Below are positions 52,950-62,412 of a stretch of DNA of 64,000 nt, in pieces. Source of the DNA: a virus (Duplodnaviria; Caudoviricetes); the IMG/VR virus record IMGVR_UViG_3300049212_000062, positions 34 through 64,033 of that record. The stretch is one strand, 5' to 3'. Within the stretch, counting starts at the first letter, position 1; each line of letters begins with the position of its first letter. A program made the translations under genes and the position numbers. The notes under the pieces were generated by a model. The model ran no database searches. It saw only the letters and a list, made by a program, of their open reading frames with translations, and had not been told where the DNA came from.

Positions 52950-54473
52950 TTATGCCTCTGCGACGGTGGGCAGGTACGCGAAACGCTGCATGAGCAGCGT
53001 GTGCCCGTAGGCACTTTCCGCCGCGCTGTTCTCCAGCGGCATCTTGATCGCTTGGTCTTGCTCCACGTTCAAGCGGCCGTCACCGAACGCCAGCAGCGGG
53101 ATATCGAACAGGATGCCGGCGTTGTTCTTCGCCACGGCGAAGTCCAGCGTCACGTCGTTGTACCCGCGCACGGCCTGAAGGCCGTTGGTGTCGCCGAAGT
53201 ACGCCTCGGCACTGCCGCCGACCTCGAACGTGCCCGTGGACAGGTCGAAGCCGCCCATCACGCCAATCGCCTTCAGCGGCGCGGCGTTGTTGTTGATGGT
53301 GAGCGTCATGTCGGTGACGAACGCGAACCACGGCGTGAGGTACGAATCGTCGACGGCCACCGCGCCGATCATCAGGCGGCTGAAGTCGTTGGAGGTGTTG
53401 AGCGCTTCTTCGCCCGGCGCCTCCACTTCGTTCCCCGCGCTCTTCAGCGCCGTGTCGCCACCCAGGATCTCGTGATCCAGGCCCACGAACGTCAGGTCCA
53501 CCGTGATCTTGTCCGCCTGCGTGACGTTGATGGTCAGTTCGTTGGCAACCATGCCGGTCAGGTACTCGGCCATCGGCTGATCGCTGTCATCCATGCCCAG
53601 GTAGCGCTCGAGCTGGTAGGTGCGGCGCTTGATCAGCGTGGGGTCGCCTTCGTTCTTCAGCACCAGCCCCAGCCAGATGCGGATCGTCTTGCCCGTGCCG
53701 GCTTCGGCCTGCGCGTCCCAGGAGGTCTTGTCGAACTCCAGGTAGCCGGCCGCGATGGCAGAGATGCGGGCGAACCCGCCGTTGTTGGCGAAGCGCTGTC
53801 CGGCCACGTCCGCGCCCAGGTAGATCCACTCGCCCACGATGAGGCCGAGTGTGGTCATGTCCTTCGCGCTGTCGGTCAGCCGCGCCAGCGTGCCATTCAG
53901 CGTGATGGCGCTGGTGCCGCTGTCGAACTGGAAGCCGACCGTTTCCACCATGGCCGCAGCCGGCGGAGTGGCTTCGTCAGCCAGACCTGCAGACGTTGTG
54001 ATGTCGTTGGCATCGGCAGACGCCACCAAGAACACACCGTTGTTCGCCAGCACGCCGAAGCCGCTGGACTTGATCAGGTCGCCGGCGACGAACGTGTCGG
54101 CGTAGCTGGTGAAGTTGAACTTGTGCGTGCTGCCGGTGACGCTGGTAACCACATCCTGAGTCGCGTTGAGCCCGGCCGTGGTTGCCTTCTCACGCGCATC
54201 GGCGAAGAAGAACCCTTGCAGCAAGCGCGTCAGGTTGTTGACCGTCAGGTCTTGGTTGAAGTTGGCCGTCACGTCCATGTCGGTCAGCGTACCCTTCCGG
54301 CGCTGGCGACGCGGGTTGATCGGGTTGCGCGACACGGCGGTCAGCTGGCCGCCAAAATCGCCGTAGCTGTTGGGCTCCAGCGCGTACCACGGCGGCATGA
54401 TGTCCGGCAGCACCTTCGGTGCTTCTTCCTCGGCGAACCGCAGGCCGGTCTGGTTGGAGTCTTGCTTGTTCAC
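52950..54473 (-). CDS. Major tail tube protein
   Basis: DSNQTGLRFAEE, LEPNSYGDFGG and RNPINPRRQRRKG motifs; position in the tail operon. Confidence 0.9.
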   Translation of the reverse strand: MNKQDSNQTGLRFAEEEAPKVLPDIMPPWYALEPNSYGDFGGQLTAVSRNPINPRRQRRKGTLTDMDVTANFNQDLTVNNLTRLLQGFFFADAREKATTAGLNATQDVVTSVTGSTHKFNFTSYADTFVAGDLIKSSGFGVLANNGVFLVASADANDITTSAGLADEATPPAAAMVETVGFQFDSGTSAITLNGTLARLTDSAKDMTTLGLIVGEWIYLGADVAGQRFANNGGFARISAIAAGYLEFDKTSWDAQAEAGTGKTIRIWLGLVLKNEGDPTLIKRRTYQLERYLGMDDSDQPMAEYLTGMVANELTINVTQADKITVDLTFVGLDHEILGGDTALKSAGNEVEAPGEEALNTSNDFSRLMIGAVAVDDSYLTPWFAFVTDMTLTINNNAAPLKAIGVMGGFDLSTGTFEVGGSAEAYFGDTNGLQAVRGYNDVTLDFAVAKNNAGILFDIPLLAFGDGRLNVEQDQAIKMPLENSAAESAYGHTLLMQRFAYLPTVAEA

Positions 54474-54482
54474 GGATTCACC

Positions 54483-54899
54483 TCATGAAGAAAAGTCGTC
54501 GTATGCGAAGTCGACAAGGACCAGGAAGCCGTTGAAGGAGCCGTCCCGCCCTGTCTCACGGAAGCGGTGCCTTGTGTACCTGATCGCACCACGCGCGACC
54601 CTGTATGCGTTCATGATGCTGCGGCACAGCGGGTAACCCGGCGTGGCGCCTTGGCCTGCCGGAATGAAGACCTGGATGAACAGCGTGCCTACGTGCTCCC
54701 ACATCTTCGCGCCCACGTGGTTGGACAGCGAGGTCTGACCGCCGTCATTGTGCTGAAGGGTGACACGGGCCCACGGCACCTCTTCACCCTCCGGCGCCCT
54801 TTGATCAGGCGTGTCCGGCCATACGGCAGCATACCCGGTTGCGTCCCAGGTACTCTTGAAAACTGTGAGCATCGCGTCGCGAGCCGCTTCCGGTGTCAT
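54483..54899 (-). CDS. Tail terminator protein
   Basis: ATG at 54899; PWARVTLQH...Q.SL...G.LFIQVFIPAGQG. Confidence 0.8.
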   Translation of the reverse strand: MTPEAARDAMLTVFKSTWDATGYAAVWPDTPDQRAPEGEEVPWARVTLQHNDGGQTSLSNHVGAKMWEHVGTLFIQVFIPAGQGATPGYPLCRSIMNAYRVARGAIRYTRHRFRETGRDGSFNGFLVLVDFAYDDFSS

Positions 54900-55276
54900 C
54901 GCTTCACTCCGATAGCGAACAGCAGCGACACATCGGCCGGCTTGAGTTCGTACACCCAGTCCACCATCCACTTGACGCCGCCGTCAACGATGGCGGTTGT
55001 GCGGTTGAGGTCGAACGTTGCGTTCGGGCCAACAAGACAGACCTGCTGCACGCGCGCCAGCATCTCCGGCGTGACCGTTTCTTTGCCCAGCCCGGCGCCG
55101 GTAGGAGGCACGAACGTCGCGGCCTGCGACAGCGTGGCGTCTACGCCTTGCTCCTGCGCGCCGCGCCAGGGCTTGCTCGGGTCCGCCGGCTCGCTGACCA
55201 ACCGCTCGAACGTCACAACCCTGCCGGTTGCGGCAATGAGCCGGAGCGCGGTTGCGGCAAGTTTCGGGTAGTCCAT
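54896..55276 (-). CDS. Head closure / head-tail joining protein
   Basis: MDY..LAATALRLI...GR...KPA motif; position. Confidence 0.75.
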   Translation of the reverse strand: MDYPKLAATALRLIAATGRVVTFERLVSEPADPSKPWRGAQEQGVDATLSQAATFVPPTGAGLGKETVTPEMLARVQQVCLVGPNATFDLNRTTAIVDGGVKWMVDWVYELKPADVSLLFAIGVKR

Positions 55277-55279
55277 GGG

Positions 55280-55783
55280 TCAGCGGATGACGCCGCCTGC
55301 GTTGCGGAGGAATGGGCGCACCAGCATGTCGGCGGCCGGGTATGGCTTGAATGGTTGGACGGTCTGCCCGGCGTCTTGGTACACCACTTCTGTCTCGATC
55401 GGGCCGACGACCTCCTTGGTGCTCTTCACCGCAGCGCCAGTCTGGTCTACAACCGGGTCGGGCGCCAGTGGCGCGGCCAGGGCACGCAGCGCGTACTCGG
55501 CCACAGCCTTCTTGATGCCGTCGGGCACGGCGTCGTCCCAGCCGATGTCCGTGCGCGGGTAGCTCAGGGCCTGCGTGTCCGGGTGGGCTTCGCTGCCGGC
55601 GAACTTGGTAGCCCAGCGGCCTTCGACGTAGTCGGTGGCGCGGATCAGCGCGCCTTGCTTGACGCCGTCGGTGCCGGTCCAGGCTGTGACCACACGGTCG
55701 GCAAAGTAGGCGTCGGCAAAGGCGACGTCGCACAGCGAGTTCGCGTTTGCCAGCCCGGTTCCGTCTTCTGCAACGAACGCCAT
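55280..55783 (-). CDS. Head-tail adaptor (DnaT-like)
   Basis: EDGTGLANANS...ADAYF..R...ALIRATDY...QAL.YPR. Confidence 0.85.
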   Translation of the reverse strand: MAFVAEDGTGLANANSLCDVAFADAYFADRVVTAWTGTDGVKQGALIRATDYVEGRWATKFAGSEAHPDTQALSYPRTDIGWDDAVPDGIKKAVAEYALRALAAPLAPDPVVDQTGAAVKSTKEVVGPIETEVVYQDAGQTVQPFKPYPAADMLVRPFLRNAGGVIR

Positions 55784-55787
55784 GATG

Positions 55788-56135
55788 TCAGCCTTGCGCG
55801 ATCAGTTGGCGCACACCGGCCGGATCCTGCACGTACAGGCTGACCGTACCGGGGGCGCCGGTGTGCTTGGTGATGGTGACACCGGGCTCGAAGAACCCGA
55901 TGCAGTGCTGGGCATTGGCTGCGCCAGCCGGTGCGCCGAGCTCCCGCGTGCCTGCGTCCACAAGCTTGGTTGTTGCCGCCAGCACAGACGACGTGCTGGC
56001 GTACAGCGTGCAAGCGGCGGGCAAGGCGACGCCTGTGGTCAGGTTGCCCGGCGTTGCCACCAGTGCACGAAAACGGTCGTACTGCTGGCGGCGACGCCGA
56101 ACGTGCATCGCGTGCTGTGCTGCGGCGCGCGTCAT
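55788..56135 (-). CDS. Hypothetical virion-module protein
   Basis: In-operon ORF. Confidence 0.6.
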   Translation of the reverse strand: MTRAAAQHAMHVRRRRQQYDRFRALVATPGNLTTGVALPAACTLYASTSSVLAATTKLVDAGTRELGAPAGAANAQHCIGFFEPGVTITKHTGAPGTVSLYVQDPAGVRQLIAQG

Positions 56136-56138
56136 GGC

Positions 56139-56891
56139 TTACTTGCGGGCCGGGAAGTGCGGACGCTTGCTGCCGTGCTCTTGCCGGCGCTTGAACACCT
56201 CGTCGATCTTTGCCTTGGAAGGCAGGATGGACTTGAGGTCGACGCCGCGCATGGCTTCGATCTTGGCGGCACGCAGGTCGCGGCCCGCCTGCTGCGCCTT
56301 CAGGTACTGGGTGAACACATTGCCACCGCCCAGATCCGCAGCTTGTCGGGCTTTGTCGATCTCTTGAACGATACGGTCAAGAGCCTCCTCCGTCTTCTTG
56401 ATATCAGCGTCGAGTTGTGCCCGCTCTTTTCGGAGCGAAGCCATGTAGGCCACTCCTTCCGCGTGGTACTTCTCGAGCTGTGCGATCGTGTCGACTGCCG
56501 GTTGGGCTTGCGAAGCGGTGCCTGCACCCTCACCGGAGGCTGCGGCCGGGTTCTGGACTTGCCCATCGGTGCCTCCGGCGGCCACGGAATCGGGGGCAGG
56601 CGCATCGTTTGCGCCTTGGGTGGTGGGTTGGGTGCTGGTGGTGGGCTGCGGGGCCTGTGCGGCGCCCGTGGCGGGCGGCAGGGTGGCGCCGTCGGTGGCG
56701 GCCTGCCAGTAGGCGCCGGCAGTGGCGCGGCTGTAGCCGGGTGCGGCCTGCGTCACTTGGTCGCGGGTGAGTGCGGCACCACCGGCCAAGAGCTTGACCG
56801 TGTCCAGGCGGGGCGAGCCGTCGGCGGTCCAGTGGTTGTCGTTGGCGGGGTCCAACTGCCGCAGCGCGGCCAGAATTTGTTCAGCAGACAT
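56139..56891 (-). CDS. Virion-associated protein with low-complexity linker and coiled coil
   Basis: LDPANDNHWTADGSPRL motif; AAGGAG RBS. Confidence 0.7.
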   Translation of the reverse strand: MSAEQILAALRQLDPANDNHWTADGSPRLDTVKLLAGGAALTRDQVTQAAPGYSRATAGAYWQAATDGATLPPATGAAQAPQPTTSTQPTTQGANDAPAPDSVAAGGTDGQVQNPAAASGEGAGTASQAQPAVDTIAQLEKYHAEGVAYMASLRKERAQLDADIKKTEEALDRIVQEIDKARQAADLGGGNVFTQYLKAQQAGRDLRAAKIEAMRGVDLKSILPSKAKIDEVFKRRQEHGSKRPHFPARK

Positions 56892-56905
56892 GCACGGGGC
56901 TCCTT

Positions 56906-56945
56906 GAAGACAAGGCGCCCCGTTCCCGTTGCGTCACGGGGCGCC
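56906..56945 (-). terminator. Rho-independent terminator
   Basis: GGCGCCCCGT/ACGGGGCGCC stem followed by TTGTCTT. Confidence 0.6.
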
Positions 56946-56952
56946 GGTTGGG

Positions 56953-57462
56953 TTAATCGTCGCCGAGGACGGTGTAGGCGATGACGACGTAGCCACTGGC
57001 CGTCATGTCGGCGGTGCCGCTGACGTTGGCATCATCGATCAGCAGGTTCAGATTCAGCTCCAGGCTGCCGTCCGTGTTGTCCAGGATGGTGCCCATGGCT
57101 CCGCCGCTGCTGGCGCCCCGCACCACGGGCGACACGCCGCCCGTCGCCGCGCCGAGCGCGGTGGACGGGATGACGTTGACGTCGGTGCCGGACAGCGTGG
57201 CGTCGGCCGTGGCCGTGGTGCCCACGCTGTAGTCGCCGTCGTAGGTGGCCTGGATGTCGGCGTCGGCTGACGTGAACTGCAAATACGACGCAGCGCCAAG
57301 CAGCAGGATGTTCCCTGCCGGCAGGTCGCCGAGTACCGCTGTGCCCCAGCCGACGCCGGAGGTGCCGGCGACCGAGATGGCGAGGGCGTTGACCTTGATG
57401 ACCTGCTTCACAACAGCCTGAAGCGACAGGTTGTTGCGGAGCGAACGGGGAAGACCCTTCAT
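56953..57462 (-). CDS. Head decoration / minor capsid protein
   Basis: MKGLPRSL...LPAGNILLLGA...LGDD; follows the major capsid gene. Confidence 0.7.
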   Translation of the reverse strand: MKGLPRSLRNNLSLQAVVKQVIKVNALAISVAGTSGVGWGTAVLGDLPAGNILLLGAASYLQFTSADADIQATYDGDYSVGTTATADATLSGTDVNVIPSTALGAATGGVSPVVRGASSGGAMGTILDNTDGSLELNLNLLIDDANVSGTADMTASGYVVIAYTVLGDD

Positions 57463-57517
57463 GCTGCTCTCCTAGGAGGTGGTTGCGAAGGGCCCGGCGA
57501 ACCGGGCCCAGGTGCGA

Positions 57518-58549
57518 TCAGAACTCGCGGGAGATCAGGCGGGCCATCTTGATCATCTTGCGCTCGCCCCAGACGCGCTGCCACGAGTCGGCGTGCGCGA
57601 GGTTGCCCGAGGTGGATGCATTGGACGGGCCGCCGTTGGCCGGGCTGGCGACGGCGAACTTGTGCCCTTCGGGGTGGATGGCCCACTCCGTGCGGTTGTA
57701 GAGCACCTCGGTGCCCGCGCCGTTGCCTTCGGCCGGCAGACGGTCGGTCTCGGTCGGCACCTTGGGCGAACCCATGCCGAGGCGCACGGCGCCAGCGCCG
57801 AACAGCCAGGACTCGAACACGCCACCCGTGCGCGGCACGCCGTCGTCCACCACGACCTCGCGGCCCAGGAACGTCGGGATCTGGATCGTCTGCGTGGCGT
57901 CGGGCACGAAGTCGATCATGTTGTTCTTCTGCATGCGTGCGTAGACGATGCTGTGCACGAAGATGATCGACACGCTGTCCATGCTGTCGCCCATCGTCAC
58001 GGCGGTGTCGACGAACGCTTCGGCGCTGAAGTTGGTCACGCCATCGACGAACGAGCTGCCGCTGATGTCGTTGGTCATGTCGTTCTGCACGTGCTCGGTG
58101 CCGGTCGGGGCCGCCGCGTTGTCGGCGTACACACCCTTGATCGTGGCAACGAAGGCGGCCTGCAGACGGCGCACCCAGTACATGCCCACGCGGCTCGCGA
58201 TGGCGTCGGCCGGGTCGCTGCCGGCCAGGGCCGCAGCCAAGTCGGCGGTCTTCCACGAGTTGTTGCGCGACAGGCGCACGGCGATTTCCACCGCCGAGCC
58301 GATCTTGTTCGGCGTGCTGGTTTGGGCCGGGTCGTCCGTCGACACGTTGTCGGCGTCGTTGTCCAGATCCTTCCACGACGGCGCGTTGAAGGTCAGGCCA
58401 CCGCCGGCGAGGTCGGCGTCGAGCTTGGCGTCACGAGCGACAGCGCCGCTCTGGATCAGCCGCGACTTCTCTTCGGTGATCTGCTGGACGTAGGGGGAAA
58501 AGATTTCCGGGACGATGACGTCGGCGATGCGGACGGTTCCTGCGGACAT
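57518..58549 (-). CDS. Major capsid protein
   Basis: RIADVIVPEIF.PY, GG.TFN.P.WKDL, DLAAALAGSDP, TFLGREVVVDD and NLA..DSW.RV motifs. Confidence 0.95.
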   Translation of the reverse strand: MSAGTVRIADVIVPEIFSPYVQQITEEKSRLIQSGAVARDAKLDADLAGGGLTFNAPSWKDLDNDADNVSTDDPAQTSTPNKIGSAVEIAVRLSRNNSWKTADLAAALAGSDPADAIASRVGMYWVRRLQAAFVATIKGVYADNAAAPTGTEHVQNDMTNDISGSSFVDGVTNFSAEAFVDTAVTMGDSMDSVSIIFVHSIVYARMQKNNMIDFVPDATQTIQIPTFLGREVVVDDGVPRTGGVFESWLFGAGAVRLGMGSPKVPTETDRLPAEGNGAGTEVLYNRTEWAIHPEGHKFAVASPANGGPSNASTSGNLAHADSWQRVWGERKMIKMARLISREF

Positions 58550-58651
58550 GCGCAATTCTCCAGTGGGTGAGGTTGGTCAAGTTTGGTTTCAACTCGACGC
58601 CCGCACCATGGCGCAGCGGTCGACAGTTTCAAGCGGGCCCTGCCGCATGCG

Positions 58652-58667
58652 TGGCAATGTAGCAGGG
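58652..58667 (-). promoter_or_regulatory. Extended -10 promoter core upstream of the major capsid gene
   Basis: CCCTGCTACATTGCCA, identical to 31541-31556. Confidence 0.55.
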
Positions 58668-58715
58668 CCGCCTGAACAGGAGTTTGAAGAGTGCGCCTCC
58701 CGGCGCACTATTTCT

Positions 58716-59546
58716 TCACGCAGCCTTCTTCACCGGCCGCTTGCCGCCGACAGTGGTGCCGGCAGCCTTCGCCAAGCGGTCCGCATGCTCGCGGCCCTTG
58801 GTGCGCAGGATGGCACCCTGCTCGGTCATGTTCCAGTGCTCGGCGCTCCACGGGTTCACGCCACCAGTCGCGCCACCGCCACGGTTGCCCGCCGCGCCAC
58901 CACCGGCCGTCGTGCCCCACCAGTGCGGGCGCTTGCCCTGCATGTCTTCGAGCCACTGCTTCGGCGACAGGCCAGGAGTGACACCGACGCCATCCTTGGT
59001 GACCACACTGCCGTCTTCCTGCACTTCGAACAGGCGCTCGCCATACAGCTCGATGTCGTCCACGGCGCTGTCGGTCACCTTGGCTTCGCGGGCGGCCTTG
59101 GTGACGGCGTGGTTGACCTTGCGGCGGACCTCGGCTTGCGTGTACTCGCCGATCTTCTGGTCACGTTCGGCGACGGCGCCCTTCAGCTGGTCGCGTTCGC
59201 GCTCCAGCGGGGCGAGCTTGCCCTTGATGCGCGTGTCCACCAGTTGGTCGATCTGCGCTTGATCCAGCTTGCCCTTCGCGGCTGCTTCCAGCTCGGGGAT
59301 GCGGTCGAGCTTGGCTTGCAACTCGTCGATGCTGCCGAGAGACGAGAACGGCTTGAACTTGTCTTCGGCCTCGCGCGCCTTGATGCGGTGCTGCGCGGCC
59401 TCGTCCTTCAGGCGCTTGACCTGCGGCATGCCGTCGAAGCCTTCGAGGTCCAAGACGAACTTGCCGGACTTCTCGTCTTTCTTGTAGTGCTCTAGGAGGC
59501 CCGAGTCCAGCTCCTCCACCGTGTCCACGATTGCTTTCAGGCTCAT
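58716..59546 (-). CDS. Head scaffolding protein
   Basis: Coiled coil, then RPHWW...GGGA.G...NPWS...NMTEQG; precedes the capsid gene. Confidence 0.85.
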   Translation of the reverse strand: MSLKAIVDTVEELDSGLLEHYKKDEKSGKFVLDLEGFDGMPQVKRLKDEAAQHRIKAREAEDKFKPFSSLGSIDELQAKLDRIPELEAAAKGKLDQAQIDQLVDTRIKGKLAPLERERDQLKGAVAERDQKIGEYTQAEVRRKVNHAVTKAAREAKVTDSAVDDIELYGERLFEVQEDGSVVTKDGVGVTPGLSPKQWLEDMQGKRPHWWGTTAGGGAAGNRGGGATGGVNPWSAEHWNMTEQGAILRTKGREHADRLAKAAGTTVGGKRPVKKAA

Positions 59547-59606
59547 GCCCGTTCTCCTGTTCAAACGCCGCACATGCGGCTCACTTGCCAGCAGGCCCCA
59601 TGCCCG

Positions 59607-60809
59607 CTAGAAATCTGTCGGGTCCAGCCCCGCTGCCCGAAACGCGTCGGCTTGTTTGACTGCGAGCTGCGCCAAGGTTAGCTCACTGCCGTCAGCCGCC
59701 ACGAACTTGTCCAGTGTAAGGCCGCCGTCCCTGAAGAGCTTGGCCCTCGTTACCCCAAGTGTGTCTTCCTGGAATTGGCGGCTCTGCTGTTGCAGCCACT
59801 GTTGATAAGAAGTCACCGAAGGCACACGCCCTGTCAGCTCGCGCACGCGCTTGCGGGCGAAAGCGTCGTACTGGCCCTTTGTGCCGCGTGGCAGGTCGTC
59901 ACGGCTGGTCACCTTCGGCAGCTTGTTAGCTTCCGTGAACTCGCGGAGTAGCTGCTTCGTGGTGCTTGCCTTGGCCGGGCGCTCGCCCAACTGCTCGCCG
60001 TCCAGCACAGCAACGCGCAGGCTTCGGCAAGCGATGTGCAACGGCGGGCGTGGCCCTTTGCCGACCGGAAACTGCTTCCCGTCGTTGGCGCGGCAAACGG
60101 GCGTTGTGCGGCTGTCCAGTGTGGCTACGAACTGTTCTGCCAGGATGATGTCGGCGTTGGCACGCATGGTCTCGTCACGGGCGCTGTTAGCCACATGCTG
60201 CACGGCCGTCCGCGTGATGGCCTGCACCTGCCTGCGGGTCAGCTCGGTGACGCCGTCGGTGCCTTTGAGTACGGTTGTGCCCATCACCCGGCGCGTGATA
60301 GCATCGGTGCTTTCGCCTGCCACCATGCCGACCTGAATGGCCGCGTGGATGCGACGCAGGTCTTCGCTTGCAAGCGTGTCGGCCCAGTCTCGCAACAGGC
60401 GCCCTTCGAACGGCCTGGACAGCGCGATCGCCTTCAGCAGCGCTGGCGCCGGCAGCGTGGTCGTGACAACCACGGGGGACACGGTACTAATCATGTTTGC
60501 GATGGCGATTGGCTCTTGGTAGGCCAAGTCAACCATCTGGTCTTCAAGCCAAGTCGTCGCGTCCGACCACACGCCGAGGCGCAGCTTGTCGATCGCCTCC
60601 AGCAGCGCGTTCAGTCGCTTGACGTCCGCAGGCGTGTTGAGGCCCGTACCGGCCGCCAGCCGGCGCGCGATGAGCGCAGCAATGTCTTCTTCGCTCTTGT
60701 CCAACAACCCGCGAATGCGGTTGCGCACGTAGCCGCTGTAACGCAGCAGGTACGTCTGATGACGAACCAGTGCGTCCAGCAGCAACTCATTCGCGGTGCG
60801 CTGGGCCAT
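59607..60809 (-). CDS. Head morphogenesis protein (SPP1 gp7/MuF)
   Basis: ATLDSRTTPVCRANDG...PPLHIACRS. Confidence 0.92.
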   Translation of the reverse strand: MAQRTANELLLDALVRHQTYLLRYSGYVRNRIRGLLDKSEEDIAALIARRLAAGTGLNTPADVKRLNALLEAIDKLRLGVWSDATTWLEDQMVDLAYQEPIAIANMISTVSPVVVTTTLPAPALLKAIALSRPFEGRLLRDWADTLASEDLRRIHAAIQVGMVAGESTDAITRRVMGTTVLKGTDGVTELTRRQVQAITRTAVQHVANSARDETMRANADIILAEQFVATLDSRTTPVCRANDGKQFPVGKGPRPPLHIACRSLRVAVLDGEQLGERPAKASTTKQLLREFTEANKLPKVTSRDDLPRGTKGQYDAFARKRVRELTGRVPSVTSYQQWLQQQSRQFQEDTLGVTRAKLFRDGGLTLDKFVAADGSELTLAQLAVKQADAFRAAGLDPTDF

Positions 60810-62410
60810 TACTTACCGCCCTTGGGTGCTGGCGGGGCGGGCGGCTTGTTCGGCGCAGGCGGGGCCGGAGGCTGCGGCAGCGTGGCGACCCGCTTGGCGC
60901 GCTCCAGGTCTTCCTCGGCAATGAGGTCGAGTTCGTCTTCGTAATCCATCTGTGTGAGGTTGCGGTCGCGCATGACGCCGTGAATGGAACGCAGCGACAG
61001 CGGGGCACCCATGGTGCGCGCGGCCATGAGTTGCGTGATCTCTTGTGCGGTCACCAGTTGCGTCTCGAACTGCAAGTTCGGCGTGACTTTCACGGCTTCT
61101 GGGTCTTGCCCCATCCACGCGGCAGCGATGCGCAGAATGTTCTGCAGGGCTGCCGCACCGGTCTGCGCGATCTGCGTCAGCGACGCGGTTTGCGCGGCGA
61201 CACGTGTGGTCAGTGCATCGCCGCTTTCTTGCTTGCCAGCCGCAGGCGAAATCATCGTGCCGGCTTTGCTTTCGGCCAGCTTGCGGTCGTCCAGCAGTGC
61301 CAGACGCTGACCGTCGATGCCTTCGGCGCCGACGCCGATGTACTTGGCGTCCCCGTTCAGGTCCATGTTGATGTGCGCGCCTGCGCCCACCCGCAGCGGG
61401 TCTTCGCCAGCCACAACCGTCTGACCGTTTTGCTGCACGGTGCCGATTGTGACAAGCGTGGCTTGACCCTGCATGAACAGGGTGAAGCGGTAGTCGGCCT
61501 CGCCCCGGTACACGGTCATGCACAGGCGGCCAAGGCCGATCAGCGGAGGGTTGTCAGGCGAAGACGTGATGTCTTTGCTGTTCACCATCACGAATGGGAT
61601 TTGTGCCAGCGGTACACCACGGTACACCGGCATCAGCATGCCGGCAGGGTCGAAGGAGGTGCCGCCCTCGTTCATCTCGAACACGCCCTGCATGTAGACC
61701 GGGCTTCCCACGCCCTCGGTTGCGTCGTCCGGGACGGTGCTGTTCCCATTCTCGTCTCCGGCGTCGCCGCTGTTGCCTTCTGCTGGCGCGGGCGGGACGG
61801 GCATGCCAAGTTGCAGCACGCGGTAACGCTCTGTGTCCTTCCACTCGAACTCGTTGATGCGCACCGGGCCGCTCTCGTCTAGCACCACCATCGTGAGCGC
61901 GTTGACGCCAACGTGGTCTGAGCTGCTGTCCCAGTTGCGCACGGCCTCGGCGACGTACATGGCGATGTACGGCATTGGCGCGGTTGGGTCGGGGTTGGGC
62001 GGGAAGTCCAGCAGCAGGCCCAGCCGGCCGCTCACCAACTGTTCTTCATTGATGCGCCGCAGCAGGTTGAGCAACGACTCGCCGTCGGCCGTTGCCTTCT
62101 CCCGCAGCGGCTCCATCGCCGGCGGCAGTTCGATCTCGGCGTCCTTGTCGTGCAGCATGCCGATGTACCGTTCCACGGCATCGCTGACGTAGTCGGGGAA
62201 CACTGCGCGGGCAAGGTAACCTTGATAAGAGACGTAACCCGGCTTCTTCGGGTCTTGGTCCAACGCCCCGTCCAGCACCTGTGCCGGCGTTGCGGGCAGG
62301 TACACAAAGCCCTTCGCCTTCACCGCGCCTTCGCCGGAGTAGGAGTCGCGCATCAGCTCCCAGTCTTTGACATGCGCGTCATAGCTCGGGTGCGTGCTGT
62401 TAAGTGCCAT
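60809..62410 (-). CDS. Portal protein (DUF4055-type)
   Basis: HP.Y....DW..MRD.Y.GE..VK...YLP...YLARA.F and GR.GLLLD motifs; follows terL. Confidence 0.9.
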   Translation of the reverse strand: MALNSTHPSYDAHVKDWELMRDSYSGEGAVKAKGFVYLPATPAQVLDGALDQDPKKPGYVSYQGYLARAVFPDYVSDAVERYIGMLHDKDAEIELPPAMEPLREKATADGESLLNLLRRINEEQLVSGRLGLLLDFPPNPDPTAPMPYIAMYVAEAVRNWDSSSDHVGVNALTMVVLDESGPVRINEFEWKDTERYRVLQLGMPVPPAPAEGNSGDAGDENGNSTVPDDATEGVGSPVYMQGVFEMNEGGTSFDPAGMLMPVYRGVPLAQIPFVMVNSKDITSSPDNPPLIGLGRLCMTVYRGEADYRFTLFMQGQATLVTIGTVQQNGQTVVAGEDPLRVGAGAHINMDLNGDAKYIGVGAEGIDGQRLALLDDRKLAESKAGTMISPAAGKQESGDALTTRVAAQTASLTQIAQTGAAALQNILRIAAAWMGQDPEAVKVTPNLQFETQLVTAQEITQLMAARTMGAPLSLRSIHGVMRDRNLTQMDYEDELDLIAEEDLERAKRVATLPQPPAPPAPNKPPAPPAPKGGK

Positions 62411-62412
62411 GG

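Noticed and set aside
59607-60809. MuF-fused polymorphic toxin
   Set aside because: The protein is 400 aa with an ordinary C-terminus, and no toxin domain or immunity gene is evident.
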